This document shows, piece after piece, positions 36,380 through 48,600 of a stretch of 64,000 nucleotides of DNA (the stretch's first letter is position 1; every line of letters starts with the position of its first letter). The position numbers and the translations under genes are program-made. The DNA lies in assembly GCA_051530055.1 (NCBI GenBank), contig CM121341.1, positions 4,132,784 through 4,196,783 of the forward strand, written 5' to 3'. The DNA is from Neoechinorhynchus agilis (lineage: Eukaryota > Animalia > Acanthocephala). The notes below the pieces were generated by a model. The model was not told the DNA's origin. It saw only the letters and a program-made list of their open reading frames with translations, and made no database searches.

Positions 36380-37456
36380 CTGTATTATTATTCCGTTGCT
36401 GGAGGGCTGCGCCGATTGCCAGGTCCCAGACATCGTTGACTGAGCAGAGAGGGCCGCTTGCGCCAGTTTGGTGTCCTGGAAGGTGTGGTGAAACCGGAAC
36501 AACGGGTTTTAATCAACTTGTAACTTTGTCACAAAAATGCACACAAAAAACCACACACGACCTACAACAACGATTTGAGCCCATCATGCGGACTTGCTCG
36601 GCTCAATCACTCCTTCATTCAAAAGTCTGTTAATCTCTCCGCGGATAAAGTCTCGATGCTCGCGGCAATATAATCGTGATCTAGTAGCTATTTTTTTATG
36701 TTAACCTCAACACTTTCGAATAGTGGGACTTCCAATAACCTTGCATTCATCACTTGACAAAATTCTTTAGATCCACGTATCAATAGCTCATCTTCCGTAC
36801 CGTCGTATACAAATTTGACACAACTGTGTCTCTTCTGAAAATCCAATCCTAAGATTACGTATCCACAAAGGTTCTTAAGGATGTTGAATTTGATATCTTT
36901 ATATTGCTTGTCAATCAACTCGAAGTCCACAATACATTGACTTTCGATATCGAGTTGCTTTGATGTGGAAGCTAAGCTTACATTACCAATTGCAGGCAGA
37001 ATACGCAGCTTTAATCTTTTAGCCACATCATCATTAATAAATGAACAGATGCTAGCTGAATAAATTATTGCAAGCAAACGATGACCCTGAATTATAATAG
37101 GAAGAGAAACATCGTATAAAGAGTTCAGAATAGGAGATTTGTCTTTGACTCCTACTTCAGCGGAGCAGAAATCGATGGCGGCAGTGAGTTTATCTTCTTG
37201 AATGTTTTTCTTTGATTGGCCCATTGCTCACCAGTGCCCTTTTTTCCCGCAATTAGTGCAATTCGATTTTTTGCTGGGCATTTGTATCGCGGGTGGCGTG
37301 GCTTCCCACAAAACCAGCATTTCCTTGTGGTAACTTTTATCACCGCCACTTGATCTTCATTTTCCATCTTGTCCGGTTCTTCTTTGCTCTCGATCGCAGC
37401 TACTGTAGAAAACGTCGGACTCAAACGAAGATCTGCATTTCTCTGAGCGCTTTCAA
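36380..37456 (-). mobile_element. Gypsy LTR retrotransposon remnants (RNase H tip, LTR fragment, gag knuckle and protease)
   Basis: LAIGAALQQR; CWFCGKPRHPRYKC; degenerate protease LLAIIYSASICSFI; tgtggtgaaaccggaacaacggg shared with 50201. Confidence 0.75.
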
Positions 37457-38960
37457 AGGATGTTCGTCCAATCTCGCTTCAAAATCCTCTAGTTAGCATA
37501 TATGAACGCGCCCTTGCAAATAGGTTGAGATCTTTCATTAATGAACATAATTGCATCTCTCCGAACCGTCATGGCTTTCTAAAAGGGAAATCAGTTCATT
37601 CTGCCCTTGCAGAGGTTTACTCCAATTTTTCCTGCTCTAACCAGCCCATGCGACCCATTTTTGCCGTGAACATTTCTCAAGCTTTTGATAAGATTTCTCT
37701 TTCTTTTATTGTTGAAATGCTTGAATTTTTCAGTCTACCTCACAATTTAGTTACACGTATCCACAATATTTTATTTACAAAATCCTTTTACTACGAAGAC
37801 GACGCCTCAAAGACACTTTACGATTCGTCCAATGGTGTTCCACAGGGGTCGCCTCTGTCACCTATTCTTTTCCTTATGGCATCACAATACTTGATTCAGA
37901 ATTTTATAGTTCGGGCCTCGCTCACCTGCTACGCGGATGGCTAAACATATTTCTTCTGAAAAATAAACGCAAAGTCATTACTTCAACTGATCAAGTCAAA
38001 CCCATTTCCATTCAAAACTCCTTGGTGAGCATTTATGAGAGGGCTTTAGCGAAGCTCATCCTACGTTTCGCTATGGAACACGGCTGCATCGATAACCGCT
38101 GCCATGGCTTTTTATCCGGGAAATCTGTGCACACAGCAATAAGAGAAATAATTAACAATTTTTCTAACGTTGTCCGGTCAATGGATATCTTAATATCCTT
38201 TGATATCAAGAAAACATTTGACGGAGTCGACTTAGACTTTGTCAATTTTCCGTAGAATATTATTGCTCGCGTCAATAACACATTGAGGTCCAAATTTTTT
38301 TATTTCAGCGATGATCATTCTGAATCGCCGCTTTCGCCAATTTTATTCTGTCGGGCCACGCAATTTATTGTACAGAACAGTTCAATATGTCCTGCTGTCA
38401 CTTGCTATGTAGACGGTCTGACGGTCATCATCAAGGAGCTTAACTATATGGGCGCGATCTCAAAATTATCCAGCCTTTTTTCCTTTCACATTGATAAGCT
38501 TTCTCTGACGGAACTCGAGCTCAATCCCAACAAAACTAAATTTATTTTGAAATCTAAATCAGTAGTAGGGAAACGCAAAGTCACAGAATTCTGCCGGGAC
38601 TTCTTTAAGCTGGATAGCCTCCATTGTAATAAGATTGACACTGGGGTATATTTTCAGTACTAATTTGAGTTGCACGCACGACATATTTAAGCTCAAGAAA
38701 CTGCTGAAGATTACCAGAATCTAAGCCAAAAGTGCGATTAGTCTAGGTTTTTTGGACTAAACGCGGTTAAATCGGTCTAGAATTCCTGGGCCATTTCGGG
38801 CCACGTCTTCTTCTCTAGAGGCAGACCGTCAGAACAACGCCTGAAATTCTTCAGTGCCTTTCTTGATGCCTTACATAAGCTCCCTTATCCTTTCGGTCAA
38901 TATCCCTCTTGGCCCGCGACAAAATTGCTTAAATGGATAGATTTGTGAGTGTTTTTATCT
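37457..38960 (+). mobile_element. Two consecutive LINE RT fragments of different subfamilies
   Basis: 37457-37945 repeats 35312-35760 (with QGSPLSPILF, YADG); ~37960-38950 is divergent (VKPISIQN, HGFLSGKSVH, FDIKKTFD, FFSRGRP). Confidence 0.85.
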
Positions 38961-39339
38961 CTTGTGACCCACATTCTTGATTTTTCATACTGGCGTGTGC
39001 CTTTCCGAATAGATCTTTTTTTCAATCAAATGATCGATTTGTACCTCAAAAAGAACCCATTGCGTTTAGGTGACGGAAATTCAATACAAAATCATCCATT
39101 TATTTGGTCCTTCCAAGCGAATGCCACGTTTTGTCTCAATGAAATCGAACCCGATCATCCCAAGGGAAGCATTGCACCAAAATTTCCTTTCCACCTTAAA
39201 ATCTTAGGACCATTTAGGTAGTATTTGGTAGCCGCAAAGGTAAAAAAATCAAACCAGCGATTTTATTAGAATCAATAAGTACAGGATTTTAAGTTTATTG
39301 AAATGTTAAAATCCAAATTTCTTTATATTTTATAGCTGT

Positions 39340-39700
39340 TTAGCCATTGCTAGGGTGCGCCGGTGGAGAACAGTACATGTTGTCGTCCAATCTACAAATA
39401 AATCCGTTTTTCGAAATGTCGATGGAAGAGAAAAAGCAAATCGAATGGAATGAGCAAACGCAAGCCCGGCAAAATGTGTTTTTTCTGCAAAGAGCTAGTA
39501 CATGCAACATAAGAAGACTAAGGACCTTCGATAATCATCGAAGCCAATTATAGGAATAATTTCGAAGACAACTTCAAATGGAAGCTTGCACTGACGACTA
39601 CAGAGACCCGTCGGTCAACGTGCATATAAAGGATTGGTATAACCAAAACCAAATTGGTTTTGTCGACTACAATGGTGACCCCCACGCTCGTGAACGTGTT
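39340..39700 (+). other. Unidentified decayed coding-like segment, homologous to ~51500-51750 (minus)
   Basis: Shared caaagagcta.tacatgcaac...gataatcatcgaagcca...aggaataatttcgaagacaacttcaaatg...ttttgtcga...tggtgacccc..cgctcgtgaa. Confidence 0.6.
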
Positions 39701-40150
39701 TGTCAAATAGGCAACGTTTTTTGATTAATTCCTCGCCCTCTGGAATATTTTATAAAGCAAAAAATCTCTTGATTCGTATGCTTCGCCTCGAGCTCACTTT
39801 TAATTTTATTTATAGAATTTTAATTATGCTTTTAGAACGTTCATTATGCTTCTTTGCAAGGGGACGTCCTCCTTCAATCATTTTATTAAAAAACTGAAGA
39901 ACATTTTAAAAAGGTCATAGTTCCCAAATCGAAGTTTCCTTTCGGCCTTACACCTCCAGCCAATAAATTTTTATTTTTTAACAATGAAATTTATTTAATC
40001 TCTTTAAAAGCAAGGGCACTAAATATCAAGCCTGATCCTATTCTGATAAAACTTAATCCCTTCAAAAACATCACTTTTATATTTTATTCATTAATTTAAT
40101 TCAAAAAGACAAACTCGAAATTATTATGTAATTAAGTCCTCATTTTAGAC
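39690..40150 (+). mobile_element. LINE 3' remnant of the RGRPP family
   Basis: LERSLCFFARGRPPS. Confidence 0.6.
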
Positions 40151-42274
40151 TAGTAAACAGGTTAGTTTTTCTGTGAAGGGAAAAGATGATTCCGAGAGTA
40201 CTGAGATCTACTCTAACTCAAGACTTTTCCTTTCACTTGGATATTTGGATAATCTTTACAAATTTATGGATCCTTAAAAGACCTTGAGTGTATGCAACAA
40301 ATAAAAAAGAGCGTGTTTGATGGAAGCATCGCACGCGTCGTGCTAAGGTGCATCCGTAAACTCGGGACTTTGGCGCAACCTGCCGGTCTTAGCGATTTTA
40401 TTGGATTTTCTAGTGTTACATAGAAAACGAATCAAACGTTCAACATTGAACCGAAGGACAATTCCAAGTTTCTTCGAATAGAAATTTACAATCGATTTTA
40501 AAATCTGTATCGTTTGCTTCAATCAGATAGATCGATTGAGGCCGACAATAGAAAGGTTAACAATAATTGCGTGTAGGATCCAATAATGCATTCACTCGTG
40601 GTTCTCATGTAGCCGATCAATCCCTAAAAATAAATAAATTCCGACTTTCACCCATTACAAACACTTTGACGTTACCTAACAGGTAGAGAAATCGATTTTA
40701 TTGAGGATCGCATTCGGATGGTTAGAGATATTGTTATTTAGGTTGCTTTTCGATACCCGATCGAGAATATATTTTTATGTGTGGCCTTTTTCACTGCTGA
40801 TAATTTCGGATGCCGACAAGCGACCTAAATAACCAGAACAAATCTTCATAATTAGAAATCAGTACTTTGTCGATGCTTATCCTTGGTCATCGTGGATTTG
40901 GAGACAGAGAGATATTGCATGATTCATCTCCTTTCGTTAATCAAAAGATTCAGGGGACTTTTCGAATGGAGATGTCGTATAATGTGGCTTCTGAACTCGA
41001 TAATATAATCAGCAAATTTGTGTTCTTAGGCAATTGATCTTTATGATCAAAGGTTCATACCAAAATACTGACGATATTTTCCAGTTGATTTGGAAACTGA
41101 TTATGTTTATTTGAGCACTATGACTAACTATACTCTTAATTTGAGCTGGGGATCATTCACAAATAAAAGTTATCAAGAAGATCCTTCGGGGTGGTAAAAT
41201 ATAATCCCGGTTATGGATTGTTTTATTGTTATGAAGTATTTCGAAAGAGGAAATCTCGTATCATCAGTTATTGTAAATTAATCTAATCGATTAGAATATT
41301 TTATAACAATAAAATAATCTTTAACCGGGATTATGTTCAACACCTTCCAAATTTTTGATTGTGGTTGATTAAAGAAGTAAAAGACAATGCCAGAACGCTA
41401 AAACCAACAAAACCGCGACCTCCGTTGTTCCGGATAGCGAAAAATGTCCCGGATCGTTTGAAGGCGATAGACACCCTATCATCTTCGATCATTCGATTCG
41501 ATAAAAATACTATAGTCATACAAATAGAAATTACTTATGATATAAGTGCCAATCGCAACCGGAGATTTTTTAAATAATAACACGTTTCACTTTTCAAAGT
41601 ACATGAACCATTTACCTTTGGGTCCTCGTGAACATTTGAACCTGTAAACACTCGAGTTCGGATAGATTCCATGAATGCGGATGTTTATTTTAAGGTGGAT
41701 TAAGGTTCTGGTCGAGTGGGAAAGCGGTTGGTTATTGTTTGTAGGAGAGTTTATAATGTTGGGTATTTCCTCCAGTTCATTACATGTCTTGGTATCCGAG
41801 AAGATTGAGCAGTTCTAATATTTACGGGTTCATTATCTCCAACAAACCTCTCTACTTTGAAAGCTTTGACAACTGTTTTTGTTTATCTTCTCTACGTGGT
41901 CTATATCCTTTCTACTAGGAATAATCTACACTTCGCATTAAACAATTTTCATAAGCTTAGTTCACAGTATGTGCATCCACTGAACGTTTCGCCACAACCA
42001 ACGATCTGCTTCTCACTGAGAGGTGTAGCGTTTCTATCTCTCAATCCGAATTGAGCTTCAATAGTAGCCGCAATTCCAAGTGCATAACATGATCCGCAAC
42101 GTCCTTTGTTTTTATCGAAAGTAAAAGCCCTTCACTGTGCCAATCAACATATCCTCATCTTCTTAATGTCGTGTAAGGAAAAAATTATCTATCAAAAGAT
42201 TATCGGCTGAACCACATATAAAAAATTCTAAAAAATCGGAAAATGTATAGCGAACTTTGTACATTCCGCAGCGC

Positions 42275-42510
42275 GCTGAGGTAGTCAAGTGGACTAAAGC
42301 TCCAAGTCCCAGTTAAGGGTCAACTGGTTCGAATCCGTTACCAAAGATGACGCACGAACGAAATACTGCTGAAGGGAGGAAACTTTTTGGGCATTGAGCG
42401 CAGACAAGTGGTTCCCAGACCGAAATTGGTGGACTGCGGTGTCCATTTGGCCGTGTATGGAAAAAATATATCTATCAACGTTTTCTTTTGATATCAGTAT
42501 TTTTGTAGTT
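42275..42510 (+). mobile_element. tRNA-derived SINE with intact head
   Basis: A-box-like TAGTCAAGTGG at ~42282 and B-box GGTTCGAATCC at ~42325, followed by a non-tRNA body shared with 15462-15700; no acceptor stem. Confidence 0.8.
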
Positions 42511-43011
42511 AACATATCAGAAAGTTCATCAATTGGAACATCACCGTATCTTCTTAGTTTAAGCAAATTTAACATTCATGAAGTTTAGATCGTTCTCCTT
42601 CTAAAGAGCAATGAAAACGACCTTCGCATTTCCTTTTATCGTTCTTGAACTGTTAATTGAAAATAATATAGTTCCATTTAATTAATTCTTATTGGCCCAC
42701 CGAGTTTTGATTTATTTGATCGGACCGATATTGAATCCAGCAATTGTTTAAGTTTGTCCGCATAAGCGTTATGAAACTAGCATTACGAACTTGTAGAGAT
42801 AAAAGTTCAACTAAAAGAGATTTTATAAGACCGTAACGGATATTATACGCTCATTAAGTGGATGACCACTTGTCCTCGCTTCAAATGAGTATATTTGCAA
42901 AACAATCTACGTTTTAACGCGTATGGATTACTTTTATTTATTCACGGTCAATTAAGGTCATGTATTTAAAAGATTTGAAGACAACGTACTTTTTAAATTG
43001 ACAAATTTATA

Positions 43012-44154
43012 ATGCTAAGTTTACCTTCTCGTTTTCTAATTTTCGTTGCAATATCCATCACGGTAATTAATGGGGACAGACTCAATCAATTGCTGGATTC
43101 AATATCCATTAAATTAAATCAACCAAGACTTCGTGGACCAATAAGAATAGATTATAAGGAACTATATGCCATATTCAATCAGCAGTTTAATAGCGATATA
43201 AAGCAACCAGAAGAGAATATTTTGTCCAGTTCAAGAGGTGAAGGTCGTCTTCATCGGTCTTTTGAAGCATTTGTTAATAATACAAAAGAGATTATTGGAC
43301 ACAATGCAAAATTCATGAAAGGGGAAGTAACATATAAGAAGAAGATTCATAAATATGGTGACATTCCACGTTGGGAATTGCAGAAGATGTGCACGGTGGA
43401 CATTGATCAAAAACCGTTTAATGAAGGCAATTACGTCTACAAGAAGGACGTATCCGATGGATTGTTAAGGGGAAGCAGATATATTGATTGGCGAGACCGA
43501 GGAGTTTTACCGCCAATAAAATATCAAGGTTCATGCGGATCTTGTTACGCGTTTGCAGTCGTGGCTACGGTCGAAGCTCAACTTGCGTTGAGAGATGGAT
43601 ACGTTACCCTTCTAAGTGAGCAGCAGATCGTTGATTGCAATGAAGCAACTTTAGGCTGTCGAGGTGGATATCTTGATTATACCGCAGATTACGTTCTAAA
43701 AGAGGGACTGATGGCTGCTTCTGATTATCCTTATATTAAAAAAAGAGGAGTATGCAAAGGACATTGGTCGAAAGCAATAGTTAAGCCACAAATCGTTGAA
43801 GAAATACCAAATGGCGATGAAGGCGCATTGATCAATTTATTGCAAAGAACACCAGTTGCGATTGCAATGCACACAAGTAAAGACTTTTATGAATACGCCA
43901 GTGGAATATTTAGTGACGGTTCTTGCCCTCAGCGAATCAACCACGCAATGGCTCTAGTCGGATTTGGCATTGAGAACGGACGGGAGTATTTTTTGTTGAG
44001 AAATAGTCACGGTGAATGGTTCGGCGAAGACGGATATGTCAAGATTGACAAGGAGACTGCTGAGAAATGCGGAATGTTAAAATCTGCTGTGGCTCCGTTG
44101 TTAGACTCAGATGAAACAGATACATTTGACGGAGAGGACGGGCATTGCCTTTAA
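43012..44154 (+). CDS. Papain-family (C1A) cathepsin L-like cysteine protease, 380 aa, intronless
   Basis: Signal peptide; ERFNIN-like prodomain; IDWRDRG; QGSCGSCYAFA (Gln/Cys); LSEQQIVDC; INHAMALVGFG (His); LLRNSHGEWFGEDGY (Asn); AATAAA at ~44179. Confidence 0.95.
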   Translation: MLSLPSRFLIFVAISITVINGDRLNQLLDSISIKLNQPRLRGPIRIDYKELYAIFNQQFNSDIKQPEENILSSSRGEGRLHRSFEAFVNNTKEIIGHNAKFMKGEVTYKKKIHKYGDIPRWELQKMCTVDIDQKPFNEGNYVYKKDVSDGLLRGSRYIDWRDRGVLPPIKYQGSCGSCYAFAVVATVEAQLALRDGYVTLLSEQQIVDCNEATLGCRGGYLDYTADYVLKEGLMAASDYPYIKKRGVCKGHWSKAIVKPQIVEEIPNGDEGALINLLQRTPVAIAMHTSKDFYEYASGIFSDGSCPQRINHAMALVGFGIENGREYFLLRNSHGEWFGEDGYVKIDKETAEKCGMLKSAVAPLLDSDETDTFDGEDGHCL

Positions 44155-44233
44155 TGAAGAAACGGTGGATAAACTAAGAAATAAACTCTGATGAGTCGAG
44201 AGTCTTGATATTTGTCGTGTTGTTTTTGCTTCT

Positions 44234-44407
44234 TTCTTCTTCTTCTTCTTCTTCTTCTTCTTCTTCTTCTTCTTCTTCTTCTTCTTCTTCTTCTTCTTCT
44301 TCTTCTTCTTCTTCTTCTTCTTCTTCTTCTTCTTCTTCTTCTTCTTCTTCTTCTTCTTCTTCTTCTTCTTCTTCTTCTTCTTCTTCTTCTTCTTCTTCTT
44401 CTTCTTC
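44234..44407. repeat. (CTT)n microsatellite, roughly 58 units; (AAG)n 3' tail of the adjacent RTE element
   Basis: Pure cttcttctt run directly at the 3' end of the minus-strand RTE coding remnant. Confidence 0.95.
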
Positions 44408-45360
44408 AGCGTTTGAATGCAGGGTTCGATTACTGGCTTCGTCCGGAATAAGTCGGGTCCGCTTCGAATGGTATCGAGCCAGCGTTGTTTTGGCCGACCT
44501 CGGACTCGTTTGTGTTTCACCTCGATTTCCAGACTAGCACTCGCTATAGCACCTTCGTTGGAGGGCATCACATGACCATACCAGCAAAGGCGGCATTCTC
44601 TGAGTTTGTCGACGATCGGCGCATGTGTCCAGCGTAACATCTTCAATTCCATGCTTTCCAATCTTTTTTCATCGGCCTTCGTAATCGGTCAACATTCGGA
44701 CTGTCCTGTAGATCACTGACTTTGATGCGTCCTTTAATTTCCGATCAAATGGGACACCCGTTGCCGTCCTCCTCCACTTTAGCCACGTTGCATTGATTCG
44801 TTCATTGATTTCTGTTTTAAACTCACCGTCGGACGAGCTCGCTGATCCGAAGTAGCGGAATTTTTCGCAACGTGGCAAGTCAGTGCCGCGAATTAGTGCC
44901 GGTTTCGTTTGATTTGGTTGTTAAATACATTGACTTGCCAAGATTTAGACGCAATCTGTGTTTTGAAAGTTTATCGTGCCATTTCTATGCCAATTTTTCG
45001 AGGACTTCTTTATCCTCTGAAGACAGGAAGACGTCGTCGTTATAAAGGATTGTGAATGGGATACGAAGCGGTGTATGCCTTGGCTGATTGTGTCCATGAA
45101 AGGTATAAATAATAAGGGGGAAATCGCGCTTCCCTGATGAATGCCAACCGAGATCTTGAAGGCATATCCCCGTCGCACTTCGTACTCTGCTCCTAGGATC
45201 TGTATATAGCACTTTCACGCACTTTGCGAACCCCACCGGGACTCCATGGTTACGTAGCGCGTGCCAGATGAATTCATGCGGTACACGGTCGAACGCTTTT
45301 TCGAGGTCAAGGAAGGCTCACGATAATTCTCAATCAAAACTCACACAGCATGAATCGCAT
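44408..45360 (-). mobile_element. RTE-clade LINE remnant (RT to C-terminus)
   Basis: VGIHQGSAISPLLF, ILYNDDV, CEKFRYFGS, MELKMLRW, KLRECRLCWYGHVM, RVRGRPKQRWLD. Confidence 0.88.
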
Positions 45361-45691
45361 CGACTGTGCTACACAGCCCTTCACGAAACTTGTTTGATTG
45401 GCGCTGATTTCAACAATATTACGGAAACTCGGTCTTCATAGTAGAAAAATAATTATGTTTTAGGAAAATTGCACTATTAGTTTTCATGATCGAATACCCC
45501 AATATAATTAATTCAAACGATTTAACAAATCTCCCATCGATCCAAGGATTTTTACTAAGTTAGCTTTCCAGATTATACAGTTCATTTATCTTTTTTTTTC
45601 GTTTAAGATTGTTTTCTTCACTTTTAACCTTTTTATGTAGGTTTCGAATTGCATCGTCCAGTTTAAAACGGTAACTTTCGTCAGTAGTATG

Positions 45692-48600
45692 GTACATTAT
45701 GGTGATTTCATTCGCTAATGCATTTTGCATACACATATTTTGATGCTAACAATGACTGAAGAAGCGAGGATACCTCGCGAAATATTTCGAATGAATAAAA
45801 TATGTAATGACCAGGATTATTCTCACCGAAAGTGTAATTTTATTATCCCGAAGGACTTTCTATCGATGATATTTTGATGCGTTCAATATTATCGAAGTCC
45901 CGAAAAAACTAGTTCTCCCGATTATTTAGAGCAAAATTATTTTGAACATTTGAATCTATTAATGCACTCAAGTCTACAAAAGCTGAACCATTGATTTTCT
46001 TTGCTCAAAACTTATGCGATTGTTTACTATTTCCAACAAAATTTAAAACAATCGAATGCCCAATCGAAGGATTAGTGAAGTACGCAGATTTGTTGGATTT
46101 AAGTGCAAAAAGGTAAAAGTTTAACACGTTCAAAACGAAGATTATGTTGTTCTTTTTACGTTTTTGAAACCCAAGAACCTCCAACGTTAATCCGGTTTCA
46201 GTGCATAAAATGGTCGCGGTTGACAGTCTCAATCGATTCATCTGATTGAAAATCATTTTTCGTTTAGCTGCGATTTACGTGGGAGTTATGAACTGAGTTA
46301 AGTGAGGCAAACGATACAGATTTAAAAATCGATTGTAAATTTCTATTCGAAAAAACTTGGAATTGTCCTTCGGCTCAATGTTGAACTTCTGGTTCGTTTT
46401 CTATGTAACACTTTAGAAAACCAAAAAAAAATCGCTGTTAACTTGAAAAACTCCGACAAAGACGACTACATGGCAACCGTTCACGAATTGATTTATCGAT
46501 TAAAAAATGACAACTAAAAAATTTAAACGACCGCCGAATAATTAAACGGACCTGAATTCTGTCGTTTTTTCGTATCTTCCAAATCGCCGTCCGCTTTCTA
46601 TTGCGCTGCATCCGCGTTCCCTCGCGTCGTTCTGTTTTGTTCTCCGTTGAATCGAGCGACTTTGGCGATCGTGGAAAATTACTTACGTTCGTTCCCGCGA
46701 CGGCGTCTCAGCGCCTCAAAGCACGTGAGTAATATTTTGAAATTATTGGAGACATCGGTTTTTCCGATTTAATTTCTTTTTGAAAATGTTCTGCCTTATG
46801 GCTATAATTAGTGAAATCAACGGATTCTCCGAGTTGTAAGATAATTTATCACGGGAGTTATGCTGCCAAGCACTTTAAATCCAACTCCACTGTTTAAAAC
46901 TTTGAATATTTGTCAGCGTTCTCGACTGACACTTGTTCTTTTTTTTATAATCGTGAAATATGAGACTTATTTTCTTTATCATCATGAATTTCAAGCATCT
47001 CAACTTGATTAATGAACTCCATTGAACATTTTTCATTGCCATCGACACGATCTTTTTCTTTTTACTCCATTTTAGCCTTACGGATGCATTTAAGTAATGA
47101 TCTCAATATCCCACGGAAACTTTTTAATCTTTTTGGGTTCTTTAAATTTTGATCGTTCTTAGTTGTTCGTAAACAAAATAATTCTCGCGTAGTTAAAAGA
47201 AAAACAACCGAGAAAAACCAACTAACTCAGTAAATGTTCACCCAATCTGTCAGCATAACCGTGATCAATGAAAGTGTTTGGAAGATAAGGCACGAAATGT
47301 TCCCAATAGGAACGGAATCTTGCGTGCACCACCGGTCGGAGTTGTGTCTCGCCTGTCACACCACTCGTTCGCCTATATTTCACTTCATGCCCAATGGCCT
47401 GCGCCACCAGCGATGCCAGCTGGGGGCTTCCTTGTCCCAGTGAAGTAGCCGGTACCCAGCGGCGCTCAAATTTATCTGGCTCCGGCACATTTATTCCTGC
47501 AAAAATCAAGTACGCTGAAGAGTACTGTGGAACTGCAAAGCCCACCATGGCGGAAAGATGCCATGGCAGGTAGGCATTCCAGTTACCCGAATCAACTGCC
47601 TGCTGAGCTACAGTCCGCAATGATCGCAAAAGATGGAGTCCGGGGAGGGCGTTTTCCCAACCAGCCCGCTTGCAAAGCTCTGAGGCAATCCGCGGAACAA
47701 CGTTCCCTTGGGAACAGTTGTAATCTCTCAGCAGCAACGGATTCAAGAATCTCTCCCCCATTCCCAGTGTGATGTGGAGGTACCCGCTGCACTGGGCTGC
47801 CTCCGCGTTGAGGATGTGCCGGAGCACAGACCTTCAAAAGTCTAGCTTCGGCTTCAGCGCAATCGGTTAACCATCTCCTGCCCTAGCAAAGGCCACATCT
47901 AGTGCCACATTGAGCTCAGGAGCAATAACTCTCATTGAAGCTGCTCTCATAATCATCCTTATACAGTCTTTCCTACCTGCATAAAGGCGGGGTTGCTGGT
48001 AAAATCCATGAACATGTTTCTCGAAGGTATATACAGGTCTTCCCTCGGATAGACTCTTTCATTGATACCTACTCCCACCCCTCTATGAACACAAGTTCGT
48101 TAGAAGAGAAGCCTGCGTCTAAAACATGCCAAAGGTGAATGACCCTCCCGGGCAGGTCGTCGTCCAGAAACAGCCTGAGATGGTCTGTTAGTGTAGCCGG
48201 CGACAAAGCCAATAGAATATTGTAGGACTCAAAGAAGGTATTCACATCCTGTTCACCCTCCTTTAAATGACATTCTCGAAGTTTGGTCCACAAATCCGAA
48301 ATTGGGTTCGGCTAACGGCTACCCCGGGACGAAAATGTTCACCTTGCTTCCTAGGGACTGCATAATCCTCCTTGCAAAGGCTATGCTATGCTGTTCGCCA
48401 TACGCGTGGAGGGATATCATTGTTTCTAGAAGCATTTTGGTCAAAAATTGCAGGAAGGCTATTGTTGAACCAAAGGATGTTCGTCCAATCTCGCTGCAAA
48501 ATCCTCTAGTTAGCATATACGAACGCGCCCTTGCAAATAGGTTGAGATCTTTCATTAATGAACATAATTGCATCTCTCCGAACTGTCATGGCTTTCTAAA

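Noticed and set aside
40670-41040. Possible plus-strand exons
   Set aside because: Joining needs an implausible 21-bp intron and hits stops; no homology.
42275-42345. Functional tRNA gene
   Set aside because: A and B boxes are present, but there is no acceptor stem or clean anticodon arm and the body is shared with dispersed copies, so it is a SINE head.
44107-44661. Poly-Lys, poly-Ser and poly-Leu ORFs
   Set aside because: Artefacts of translating the (CTT)n tract.
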